DNA from: a virus
IMG/VR virus record: IMGVR_UViG_3300045988_084189
Span: 25,423-89,422 of that record
DNA length: 64,000 nucleotides
Reading direction: 5' to 3' (one strand)
The notes beneath the pieces were generated by a model. The model saw only the letters and a program-made list of their open reading frames with translations, ran no database searches and was not told the DNA's origin. The position numbers and the translations under genes were made by a program. Below are positions 27,511-35,843 of this stretch, in pieces. Each line of letters starts with the position of its first letter. Position 1 is the stretch's first letter.

Positions 27511-28085
27511 TATTCAAATAATTCCTCCATTTCTCTAACATGATATTGCCTATCTTTCAGATCATCCACCCTAGTTCTAGCCAATTCCCAATTTGAACCA
27601 GCAAAGCCGCTTTTCATCACATCAGCTATAATCTGCTCATCTTTATATTTGCGCCGTTCGAGCCGTAAATCATGGAGCAACTTATATATCTTATATCCAT
27701 CACGAGCATTGTATGAATTGAACTCAATAGCATGAAGCACGTCTTGAATTTTATTCTCTACCTCTTGTAGCTTATATTCAACCCATGTCACCCTTGCTAC
27801 AAGCTGGTCATGCAGGTCACAGAACGAGCCGATTTGCGCCAATGCTGAATCATAATTCACCAAATTTGAATTGTTGAACTGGTCGAAATCGACGGGTTTA
27901 GATGGTGCATCAATCTGTTGCACAAAATAACCCAGATTGCGCATTTGCTTTGGTAAATTAGAAAGCGCATTATCGGCTTTGGTTTTATCACTAAATTGAA
28001 ATGACTCGTTTAATTCGGGCGTTGGTGTCCATTGTCCTATAGCATTGTGCATAAGATAGGATTTTTGATTATATAGTACATACAT
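27510..28085 (-). CDS. hypothetical protein
   Basis: 191 aa ORF with an AGGTGA RBS. Confidence 0.6.
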   Translation of the reverse strand: MYVLYNQKSYLMHNAIGQWTPTPELNESFQFSDKTKADNALSNLPKQMRNLGYFVQQIDAPSKPVDFDQFNNSNLVNYDSALAQIGSFCDLHDQLVARVTWVEYKLQEVENKIQDVLHAIEFNSYNARDGYKIYKLLHDLRLERRKYKDEQIIADVMKSGFAGSNWELARTRVDDLKDRQYHVREMEELFE

Positions 28086-28095
28086 ACATCATCAC

Positions 28096-28776
28096 CTACG
28101 GTTCGATTATACCATATTCATTTACATTTGTCAAGAGAATATTTGCCCATTCTGCATTTTTATCTTCAGTCAGATAGAAAAATTTATGACCACCAATCGT
28201 CATCGCATAATTCTGAGATTCATGCCATGGGCTATCGCACAATTTTGGGGCATAGAAAAACAGAATCGGCTTTTCGGTCACAAATTGCCCCATGTCAAAA
28301 ATATCATGCACAGCATCCATGACTTCAATATACATTTTTCTATCCTGCTTATCCAAATCCGGATTCCAACCGGCATACTGGTAGACCTCTTTGACTTCAC
28401 GAGCCGTCAAGCCGTCTTTAATCATTGCATCAAAATAGCACTGAGCAACAGCCAACTTGCCTTTATACGGCTCATAGGCGCATTCACCAGCCATTACAGA
28501 TTCAATAAACCAACGATCATCCTCTGTTAAATTGATGGGAGATTTATAACGTTCAATTTCAGATTCCTGTTCTACAATCTGTGGCTCGACGTAGATATAT
28601 TGCGGCTCAACAGATTCAAATTTTGATTCCTCAATCGGTTTGGTCTTAACGGTATATTGTACAGATTGCACGTTATGGCTCGATTCGAATGGACTCAGGA
28701 TAATACCCATACATCCAGCCAACCCAAATAAGGCAAGCCCAATTCCTGCAACGGCACATCTAGTTGTACGCTTCAT
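28096..28776 (-). CDS. SleB/CwlJ-like cell-wall hydrolase with a lipoprotein-type signal peptide
   Basis: N-terminus ...ALFGLAGC (lipobox-like). The core AGECAYEPYKGKLAVAQCYFDAM resembles the Hydrolase_2 family. Confidence 0.55.
   Translation of the reverse strand: MKRTTRCAVAGIGLALFGLAGCMGIILSPFESSHNVQSVQYTVKTKPIEESKFESVEPQYIYVEPQIVEQESEIERYKSPINLTEDDRWFIESVMAGECAYEPYKGKLAVAQCYFDAMIKDGLTAREVKEVYQYAGWNPDLDKQDRKMYIEVMDAVHDIFDMGQFVTEKPILFFYAPKLCDSPWHESQNYAMTIGGHKFFYLTEDKNAEWANILLTNVNEYGIIEP
28105..28133 (-). promoter_or_regulatory. sigma-70/sigma-A type promoter (TTGACA-N17-TATAAT, TG-extended)
   Basis: Reverse complement reads TTGACA (28133-28128), 17 bp, then TATAAT (28110-28105). It lies inside the 3' end of the hydrolase gene. 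Confidence 0.7.
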
Positions 28777-28803
28777 TTTAATTTACCTCCTCAATATTCA
28801 TTT

Positions 28804-28956
28804 TTCATTTTGTGGCTCGTATATATGTATATCACATTTGATTCTATTTGTCAAGTATGAATTTCAATTTTCATTTTGGGATTATAAATATCAATTCCGA
28901 TTTTAGAATTTCATTTTCCACATATATTTACAATCTCGAAAGTCATTTTTCATTTT
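28804..28956. repeat. four dispersed copies of TTCATTTT(CCA)
   Basis: Copies at 28804-11, 28870-77, 28910-17 and 28949-56. The last two extend to TTCATTTTCCA. Confidence 0.6.
28826..28854 (-). promoter_or_regulatory. sigma-70/sigma-A type promoter (TTGACA-N17-TATACA)
   Basis: Reverse complement reads TTGACA (28854-28849), 17 bp, then TATACA (28831-28826). Confidence 0.6.
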
Positions 28957-29339
28957 CCAGCTCGTGCATATATAGATATCTATATACGTACACATATACA
29001 ATAACAATAATCATTATCATTTACACATACATATATCAATCAATCGATATATTAGCACATCCATCTACATATACATTTACATATTCATATGCAGATACAT
29101 CTACATCATCATGCACATAAATGATGCAGATAGCAATACGCATGATATAGATAGATATATTTATCGATAATGCGCAGCTTTATGTCTATGAATAAAAGCA
29201 TTACTTTCATGCACATATCACGATTTATATTAGCATCAAAGTCAACATCATTCACATTTTTCATATGAATATTCACCAACAGCATCACATTTTTACATGG
29301 GAGATTTATGTACATTCACACATTTTTCCATTGTAAAAT

Positions 29340-29880
29340 AATGTGCGGTTGTCGGCTGGCAACTTGTCTGTATGACATAAGACGCACAAGTTATGAGCGC
29401 AGATTTCACCATAGCCATGTCGCGCCGTTGGAACCGATTTGAGCCGAGTTTATACTCATCCTAGGTAATATATGCCCATAGTCGATTCGAGCCGCCACGC
29501 CTGTCCTGAGCCACGCATCGTCGCCGCGATTGTATATAGGCATATATTACCGGGGGAAAATTCGTTTGACCTAATCCGCACACGCGCACATGAGAAAATC
29601 CGGCTCGATTTTTCCGCGCCGATCCATTATATGTACTGTATATTGCTGGGAAAAATGTAAAAAATTGTAAGGTGCGCTCGTACTTATGCCCGCTCGACCC
29701 CTCGATTTTTCACTTCATTTGAGTAAAGCATGGTGGGAAAATATGGTAGTTAAAGTCGTCTAACAAGATTTGTGAAAAAATGGAAATAGCCTGAAAAGTT
29801 GGAAGTTGTGCAGATTGTACAAACATAGTTAAACGCCTTTAACTCATGTTCGACCTTCCCCTCCTCATATGTTATCCATA
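29340..29880 (-). ncRNA. candidate promoter-driven non-coding transcript
   Basis: The consensus promoter at 29891-29919 points into ~0.5 kb that lacks any RBS-preceded ORF. The only AUGs behind the SD-like GAGGAGGGGAAGG give 2- and 8-codon mini-ORFs. Confidence 0.3.
29464..29551. repeat. perfect 13-bp inverted repeat around a GC-rich 62-nt spacer
   Basis: GGTAATATATGCC (29464-76) pairs with GGCATATATTACC (29539-51). Confidence 0.8.
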
Positions 29881-29890
29881 GGTCACTTTG

Positions 29891-29919
29891 ATTATAGCAG
29901 ATTGATCGCAGCTTGTCAA
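29891..29919 (-). promoter_or_regulatory. sigma-70/sigma-A type promoter (TTGACA-N17-TATAAT)
   Basis: Reverse complement reads TTGACA (29919-29914), 17 bp, then TATAAT (29896-29891). Confidence 0.7.
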
Positions 29920-30033
29920 CAAAAAAATTGCATAAAAATAAGCCGCCAATTTTGGGCATATTGTACAATGCCCTTCTGGCGGCTTTGGCGGCTTTATACG
30001 GCGCGAACTATGCCGGGGATATATAAACATAGG

Positions 30034-30070
30034 GAAGAAAAGAAAAGCCCATAGCGGTCAAGCTATAGGC
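30034..30070 (-). terminator. intrinsic terminator ending the small-ORF island operon
   Basis: On the minus strand: GCCTATAGC-TTGACC-GCTATGGGC (8 of 9 bp) followed by TTTTCTTTTCTTC. Confidence 0.65.
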
Positions 30071-30089
30071 TTTAGAATTGCTATTTGAT

Positions 30090-30398
30090 TCACGGCAGTA
30101 AATCATATCTATCATATCGGGCCGATACGATCATATCATCGTGAACGTCCTGCGTTCCCATATCGCAGAAGATACAAGTGATATCATCTCCAACTTCATA
30201 ATCACCTGTATCTGTATCAAATGCGTAGACCATGCCGCCCGAAGTTTGAACGGAAACGCGCTCCGTGTCCTTGTCTACGGTTTCAATTGCAATGCAGCGG
30301 CTTGCATCGGCATAGATTCCATATTTTAGAATATTCTTTTCCTTCGTAGCGGAAAACAGCGAAGAAATCAAAATTGCAATAGTGATAATAGCCTTCAT
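30090..30398 (-). CDS. small secreted or membrane-anchored protein
   Basis: N-terminal signal-like MKAIITIAILISSLFSA with a GGAG RBS. Confidence 0.55.
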   Translation of the reverse strand: MKAIITIAILISSLFSATKEKNILKYGIYADASRCIAIETVDKDTERVSVQTSGGMVYAFDTDTGDYEVGDDITCIFCDMGTQDVHDDMIVSARYDRYDLLP

Positions 30399-30516
30399 TT
30401 TATTTTACTCCTTCCTATTCTCACGCCTTCAGCGCCTCTTCACGGACTTTTCAGCGCGTCGGCATATAGTTTGACGTTTTTTTCTGTTTGTGGCGTGACG
30501 GGCCTTCTATGCCGTT

Positions 30517-30690
30517 TCAGGCGGTATAATATCCGCGCCTGTATAACTCCGCTTCTGCTTCTCGCTCAGCTTTGCAATCTTCAGAATACAATGCGCCCGG
30601 CATTGGTTTATTACATGCGCGGAAATATGCGGCACGATCCCGCGCCCATTGTAGCACGTCCAGCAGTTCGTCAATGGTATATTTCTCCAT
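30517..30690 (-). CDS. small hypothetical protein
   Basis: Start moved to ATG 30690, which follows AAGGAGG. Confidence 0.5.
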   Translation of the reverse strand: MEKYTIDELLDVLQWARDRAAYFRACNKPMPGALYSEDCKAEREAEAELYRRGYYTA

Positions 30691-30703
30691 GGTAAAATCC
30701 TCC

Positions 30704-30889
30704 TTAGCAGTATTCAAACGTCAACTTGTCATAGTCGTAAATTGTAACATATTTGACGGGGATTGATGCAATTTCAATATGTTTTACGCTTCTCAAGTGA
30801 TTTCTCAATGCTTTTTGATTGGAAAATTTTGTGGTAGTAAAACAGTATTCCCCATTGATATAGCAACGAATTTTTCTAGTTTTTTCCAT
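30704..30889 (-). CDS. small hypothetical protein
   Basis: 61 aa ORF with an AGGAGG RBS that is part of the repeated junction sequence. Confidence 0.5.
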   Translation of the reverse strand: MEKTRKIRCYINGEYCFTTTKFSNQKALRNHLRSVKHIEIASIPVKYVTIYDYDKLTFEYC

Positions 30890-30903
30890 AATAAAATCCT
30901 CCT

Positions 30904-31128
30904 TTATTTACAATTTTTTACAATAAAATCCATTGCTTCTTCTTCCGTATCAAATGTTTTTACCTTATTTTCCCAAGTTTTGCAAGTATACGGATTTCCA
31001 GCCCATGCAACAAAATAAGGATTTTTTACGCCTCTGCAATGATATTCCAAAATGCCAACATATCCATCTTTTGAATGAATATAATACGTATCAAAATAAG
31101 CATTCCCTTGTCTGTAAATCTTTTCCAT
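30904..31128 (-). CDS. small hypothetical protein
   Basis: 74 aa ORF with a GGAGGAGG RBS. The C-terminus ...VKNCK is shared with the next ORF. Confidence 0.55.
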   Translation of the reverse strand: MEKIYRQGNAYFDTYYIHSKDGYVGILEYHCRGVKNPYFVAWAGNPYTCKTWENKVKTFDTEEEAMDFIVKNCK

Positions 31129-31147
31129 GATAAAAAATCCTCCTCCC

Positions 31148-31354
31148 TTATTTACAATTTTTTACACTTTGCACCCGCTCAATCACATTGTAAAAAAGTG
31201 GTAGAATTTCGGCGGGCGCGGGCTTGTTTCTTGACACTGGCAATAATTTACAAATTTGTAAATAATCTGCATCACTATCAATATGGTAGTTTATTGAATC
31301 TGCCAATTTCTGGAGTTGGTATAATTTTGAATCCCAGTATTTTACAGTGTGCAT
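31148..31354 (-). CDS. small hypothetical protein
   Basis: 68 aa ORF with an AGGAGG RBS and C-terminus ...VKNCK. Confidence 0.5.
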   Translation of the reverse strand: MHTVKYWDSKLYQLQKLADSINYHIDSDADYLQICKLLPVSRNKPAPAEILPLFYNVIERVQSVKNCK

Positions 31355-31357
31355 ATG

Positions 31358-31492
31358 TTAGCCTCCTAAAATCATATTGACAAGATATGGAATCCAAAAC
31401 AAGCTGGAAATTGCTACCAGACCACCCAAATACTGGAAAATCCAGTAAATGGGATTCAAGCGGCGCTTGCGTTTCCTATTTTTTACCAACAT
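31358..31492 (-). CDS. possible 44-aa membrane peptide (below the track cutoff)
   Basis: ATG 31492 overlaps the end of the upstream ORF. Basic N-terminus KNRKRKRR followed by a hydrophobic helix. Confidence 0.35.
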   Translation of the reverse strand: MLVKNRKRKRRLNPIYWIFQYLGGLVAISSLFWIPYLVNMILGG

Positions 31493-31833
31493 AGCAGCAC
31501 GTCCTCCATATCATTATCTTTGCAGAATCCGCACGCCGTAAAATCAGCGCCGGAAATTTTCCATGTTTTCCCCCATTTTTCAGACTGGCCATATTCAAGC
31601 GTTGCGGGCTGGAGCGCGTTTAATTCCTGCATGCGCTTTACAAGTCTATCGCGCATTGCGTCATATTGCGTTGCCGTTTCCAGCTTCAAACCGCGCCGCA
31701 ACTTATGATCGACAATGCACTCTGCAGCAGCTTTTAACATTCCTGCACTACGCTTTTTTGCGTCAGTGCGAAAGAAAAAATCCGTCTGCGTCATAGCGTC
31801 GAAAGTGGCGTATCCCTTGTAAATTTGTTCCAT
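31483..31833 (-). CDS. hypothetical protein
   Basis: 116 aa ORF. Confidence 0.55.
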   Translation of the reverse strand: MEQIYKGYATFDAMTQTDFFFRTDAKKRSAGMLKAAAECIVDHKLRRGLKLETATQYDAMRDRLVKRMQELNALQPATLEYGQSEKWGKTWKISGADFTACGFCKDNDMEDVLLCW

Positions 31834-31912
31834 TGTAAAAAATCCCCTTTTACTAAAAAATGTTAATGGAGTGCCGCTTTTTTACGGAAAACGGCCTAGA
31901 AAACCGCGTGCT

Positions 31913-32461
31913 TTATTCAGCAAAAAGATTTTTAATTTCTTCCAGATCCTTTTCCGGAATGTTGTCAATCACCCATCCATGACCGTATTTATACGGTTTT
32001 CCGTCAGCTTTACGGGTACCGATCAAATCAGCGTTTAGAGGTACTTCATACAGTCCACAATTTTTCAACATTTCACAAGCTTTTTTATAATCGTATTTGT
32101 TGCCATTAGCTTCCCATTCTGAAATAGCTTTTTCCTGTTCGGGCGTTCCGGCGTGCATACCGTTCAAGTGATATTTTTTCCAAAAAGTATAGATTTTTTT
32201 GAAAAGAGGCGTTTTAATATATTTTGCAATTTCATCGAGATTTTGACCACCCGAATAAATATCAGAATGACAATGATTCCAGATACTCCCGCTTGCCGTA
32301 AATTCAACATATTTATTGCAATATTTTCCGGTGAAATTGCCGTCTTTATCAAAGACTTTTTCTCCACCCTTTTCTTCCAGACAAACAGTCACATCAACAG
32401 CACAATCTTTCCGGCCTCTGCACATATAGTCGATTTTGCCAAAATTAAAAGTTTTTTTCAT
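31913..32461 (-). CDS. hypothetical protein (family not recognised)
   Basis: 182 aa ORF with a GGGAGG RBS. It is the largest ORF of the island. Confidence 0.65.
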   Translation of the reverse strand: MKKTFNFGKIDYMCRGRKDCAVDVTVCLEEKGGEKVFDKDGNFTGKYCNKYVEFTASGSIWNHCHSDIYSGGQNLDEIAKYIKTPLFKKIYTFWKKYHLNGMHAGTPEQEKAISEWEANGNKYDYKKACEMLKNCGLYEVPLNADLIGTRKADGKPYKYGHGWVIDNIPEKDLEEIKNLFAE

Positions 32462-32485
32462 TTTTTTGTTCCTCCCTAAAATATG

Positions 32486-32698
32486 TTAGTTTTCAAATTG
32501 CTTCCGGAACTCTTTTTGATGGCGCGTTGTTGTATTGCTCCATTTTCCAAGCTCTTCCACCTTGCCATTGATGCAGCGGGAAACGATAGTATTATAACTC
32601 TGGAGTTCAAAAGTTCCGTTTTCATGATCGATAACGTGCGCTTTTCCATAAAAGCTCTTGCGTGCATCGAATTGGGGTTCAAGTGCATAAATTCTCAT
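32486..32698 (-). CDS. small hypothetical protein
   Basis: 70 aa ORF with an AGGAGG RBS. Confidence 0.55.
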   Translation of the reverse strand: MRIYALEPQFDARKSFYGKAHVIDHENGTFELQSYNTIVSRCINGKVEELGKWSNTTTRHQKEFRKQFEN

Positions 32699-32746
32699 GG
32701 TTTTGTTTCCTCCTAAAATGTTTTTTTTGGATCTTATGAATATAAT

Positions 32747-32911
32747 TTAATTAAAATAAATAACTTTAGTGTTACAACCCATAAGATTAATAAGCCACTC
32801 TGTAGAAAAATTAAAAGTAACAGATTTATTTCTATAAATAATGTTTGTATATGCAGGTTTTCCGATGCGGATATATCCGTTTTTGATGCAAAAATATTTA
32901 GCCTTAAACAT
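32747..32911 (-). CDS. possible 54-aa protein in an AT-rich insert (alternative to track ORF 32734..32919)
   Basis: ATG 32911 follows GAAGGTGG. The product MFKAKYFCIKNGYIRIG... is less low-complexity than the track frame. Confidence 0.35.
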   Translation of the reverse strand: MFKAKYFCIKNGYIRIGKPAYTNIIYRNKSVTFNFSTEWLINLMGCNTKVIYFN

Positions 32912-32944
32912 AATACCACCTTCTAAAATATTTTGTTTGTTTGT

Positions 32945-33151
32945 TTACTGATAATAGCGGCGGGTATAGCAGCTCCCACGATACGAAAGAAATTCTTCTT
33001 CTGGTTCATTGCTACGTTCGTACCAGACTTCGCAAAATTCCGGGCGCGTGCGGTGGATGTTCTTGCAAAGTTCCTTTGCCTCTGCCGATGTCTTTCTGGT
33101 TCCAAAATGCGTTTCCGTATAATCAGCGCGACGTGCAAAAACATAATACAT
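32945..33151 (-). CDS. small hypothetical protein
   Basis: 68 aa ORF with a GGGAGG RBS, the first ORF of the island operon. Confidence 0.5.
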   Translation of the reverse strand: MYYVFARRADYTETHFGTRKTSAEAKELCKNIHRTRPEFCEVWYERSNEPEEEFLSYRGSCYTRRYYQ

Positions 33152-33757
33152 TTTAATTTCCTCCCTAAAAATTTTTAGTATGACATAGCGCTTTTTTTAT
33201 CTGGTAAAAAACGCTTGAGAAAAACGCCCTTGCATATCGTATCAAATGCAAGTTTGATATATGCGAACTATACGCGTCGCATATCACGCTAAAAATTTTA
33301 TCCTCCTATTTTTTGGTTATTTTGCCCGCTTGCGTCGCAATACTGCCTTTATCAACTAAGCGGGACTTTTCATGTTATTCACTTGCCAAGGTACAACCGG
33401 CGCTTCGTGCCGTGTCGTTGTTTCGCTCTGTATGCTTTCATTATAGGCATATAGCCGGAAAAGTCAAGAGCTCTGTTATAAAAATATTGCACAAAAAAGT
33501 ACGGCTGATTTTATGCAAATTTACGAAACGGATATTATATATATTATAGTATATAATAGCTGGACAACGATAAAAGTATATAATGCCGCTCAGAGGCGCT
33601 CAGAGCCGTTTTAAGCGGTTTTTATGTTCAGACGTAAAATCATACGGCGAAGAAAAGTATTCCGTTATACATATTTTATACAGTTTCAATATTCATTATT
33701 TTAATGGTAAATAGCTATGATATGCACTCAAAAAGTTAGAATATACTAGAATTGTAT

Positions 33758-33983
33758 TGATTATTGTATAGTTATGCAATGAATATACTGTATAGATATA
33801 CATTTCTGTATTATTAAGAATTATTCTTATTATTGAATCAGTATAATTATATCGATATTGATTATTGTATATTTTTATCGATATATTATATCGATATATA
33901 TAGCCATATAGTGTACTGATTATAATAGTTACAATATAGTTACAATGTGTTGCATAGTGGTATCAGTATTTGAATATCGATAT
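33758..33983. repeat. AT-rich repeat cluster: ATATCGATAT palindromes and a duplicated 13-mer
   Basis: ATATCGATAT at 33849-58, 33888-97 and 33974-83, plus TATCGATAT at 33876-84. TGATTATTGTATA occurs at 33758-70 and 33859-71. Confidence 0.75.
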
Positions 33984-34336
33984 AATTGTATTGAATATGA
34001 CTGTATCTTGTGTAGTGTATTAGATATACTAATTGGTATAATATGGATAGTTTAGTAAATGGTGTTTACTGGTAGGAGTAAGTGGTGTTTACCAAAAATC
34101 ATATAATGTGTAACGCGTACGCGCGTATGAACTGTATTAATTCGATTGATACAGTTGGAAAAATTTTGTTCTATAATTGTAGAATAAGATTGACTCGCAT
34201 AATCATGCGATAGATATCGCATTTTCATATGAAACAGTGGGAAAGTGCTATTTTCCGGCGTTTTTGATATTAGCAGTATTTTACAGGACGGGGGCATGGT
34301 TATGGATGAAGATGGTAGAAATGGATGAAATTGGCA

Positions 34337-34500
34337 TTTAGCACAACAATTCACACACCATGTAATCATGCACATTCTGTCTATAACACTATAACAACAA
34401 ACCACATAGTCTGTAATATCATACAGACTCCAACAAACTACACAACCTGTAATCAGATATGTTTTATCATCAACAACAAACCTAATACCATGCGATCAGG
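34337..34500. repeat. four imperfect ~35-40 bp direct repeats (iteron-like)
   Basis: Each unit has ACAACAA(A/T) followed by ...C(A/C)TGTAATCA. The last copy has degenerated to CCATGCGATCAGG. Confidence 0.55.
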
Positions 34501-34616
34501 ATTATCACACAGATATGAGTTGGGGGGATTTTTATTTCTCTTATAAATATCAAAAATTTTCCCCCATACGCTATAGTAATAATTTACAATTCGTTAACAA
34601 ATAGATGATTAGAATA

Positions 34617-34625
34617 TGGTATAAT
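34617..34625 (+). promoter_or_regulatory. TG-extended -10 element (TGgTATAAT) upstream of the 342-aa gene
   Basis: ATGGTATAAT at 34616-25. Only a weak -35 (TTAACA) is present, at non-optimal spacing. Confidence 0.4.
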
Positions 34626-34650
34626 TGTTATAAGATTTAGATGAATTTAA

Positions 34651-34739
34651 TTTTTGTCTAAATCGTGATACTAATATAATACGCAGTATTATTATAGTAT
34701 CATCACTTAGACAAAAATTTTTTTCATTTAGACAAAAAT
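34651..34739. promoter_or_regulatory. three copies of the 12-mer TTAGACAAAAAT (two direct, one inverted): candidate operator set
   Basis: Direct copies at 34707-18 and 34728-39, 21 bp apart. An inverted copy lies at 34651-61. All sit between the -10 element and the ATG at 34760. Confidence 0.55.
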
Positions 34740-34759
34740 GTGAAAGAGGCTTATTTTAT

Positions 34760-35788
34760 ATGAGAAAACAAAATATCAAACAACCAACAGGCGCTGAATT
34801 GATTAAATCATTAGAAAAGGTAGAAGGGCGCGAATTAAAATATCAAGACTTATGCAAAGCGCTTAATTTAACACCAAAAGGCGGCTGTTCGAAAGTAACG
34901 CAACTTGATAACATTAGAAATTATTGTCAACTAGATACGCTAGAACATCCTACCCGTTATATTGTCCAAGAGGTATATCCTGAAGCAGATGCCCTTATCA
35001 ATGAGCTAGATAAAGATTCATATCAAGCCGCATTTGAAGCCGCCCTTTATCAAATATTTCTAAAGACAAACTGCGCCACTATATATGCGTCAACCAGCAA
35101 TCTACTTAGAATGTTCCAAGAGGTCAATGATAATTTTAGCTATACATATAGCCAAGCCGTAGAAAATTCAGAGCATTATGGCTATATGAGTTTAGTCAAT
35201 GGCGTTGTATATAATATTCTTGCTCAATGGACTAGGCGCAAATTGCTAACCATGAAAAACCGCTATGTCATTGACTTGAATAGAGGCTATCGGCTCTATA
35301 AGCAAAGAAGCAGCCCAGAAGGAAAAGAAACATGGCTCGAAACATATGACGTACCAGAAGATAGCTCGGATCATCAGATTTGTCTTTCTATCCATTCTAA
35401 AGCCGTCAATGAGATAATGCCGCCAAATTGGGGTAAGGTTATAGATAATAGGGTCTACAAGCCATATGTGTCCACAGAGCAATATAAGGCGTTTGAGGCG
35501 CGGCTTGCTCAATTAACTCAAGAGGCATTTGGCGGCGAATATGTCAAAGTCAAAGAAGTCTATATCATCAAACCAGCCACAAAGGAATGGATAGCTAATC
35601 GGTTATTAGATGTCTATGAGCATTATCCTAGCTTTGAAAAAATCAATAAAGAGGCTTGCGCTAAGATTATTCAGACCAGCCAGCTTAGTTGTATCACAGG
35701 CAAACAGCGGCGCGAATTTGTTGATATCAATATGAGCAATAAGCAGAGCGACAAGCTCAAGGATTTAGTCACTAGTGAAAAACAATAA
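34760..35788 (+). CDS. hypothetical protein (isolated rightward gene; possible N-terminal HTH)
   Basis: 342 aa ORF bounded by the repeat region on one side and a bidirectional terminator on the other. Confidence 0.7.
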   Translation: MRKQNIKQPTGAELIKSLEKVEGRELKYQDLCKALNLTPKGGCSKVTQLDNIRNYCQLDTLEHPTRYIVQEVYPEADALINELDKDSYQAAFEAALYQIFLKTNCATIYASTSNLLRMFQEVNDNFSYTYSQAVENSEHYGYMSLVNGVVYNILAQWTRRKLLTMKNRYVIDLNRGYRLYKQRSSPEGKETWLETYDVPEDSSDHQICLSIHSKAVNEIMPPNWGKVIDNRVYKPYVSTEQYKAFEARLAQLTQEAFGGEYVKVKEVYIIKPATKEWIANRLLDVYEHYPSFEKINKEACAKIIQTSQLSCITGKQRREFVDINMSNKQSDKLKDLVTSEKQ

Positions 35789-35790
35789 AA

Positions 35791-35838
35791 AATCTGCCCC
35801 AATTTATTCCCTGCATATATAGGGTCTTGGGGCAGATT
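35791..35838. terminator. bidirectional intrinsic terminator between convergent genes
   Basis: An 11-bp stem: AATCTGCCCCA (35791-801) pairs with TGGGGCAGATT (35828-38). An A-run precedes it and a T-run follows. Confidence 0.7.
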
Positions 35839-35843
35839 TCATT

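Noticed and set aside
28848-29315. Track ORFs 28848..29120 (+) and 29109..29315 (-)
   Set aside because: Their translations are low-complexity (runs of IYTYT/IIII and similar), arising from the ACAT/ATAC-rich DNA. Neither has an RBS.
33313-34546. Track ORFs 33313..33549 (+), 34052..34405 (-) and 34325..34546 (+)
   Set aside because: They lie in the repeat and iteron field, have no RBS, and have compositions dictated by the AT-rich repeats.
33540-34560. CRISPR array in the AT-rich repeat field
   Set aside because: The repeats are short palindromes and degenerate iterons with irregular spacing. No 25-40 bp repeat alternates with unique spacers of similar length, and no cas genes are present.
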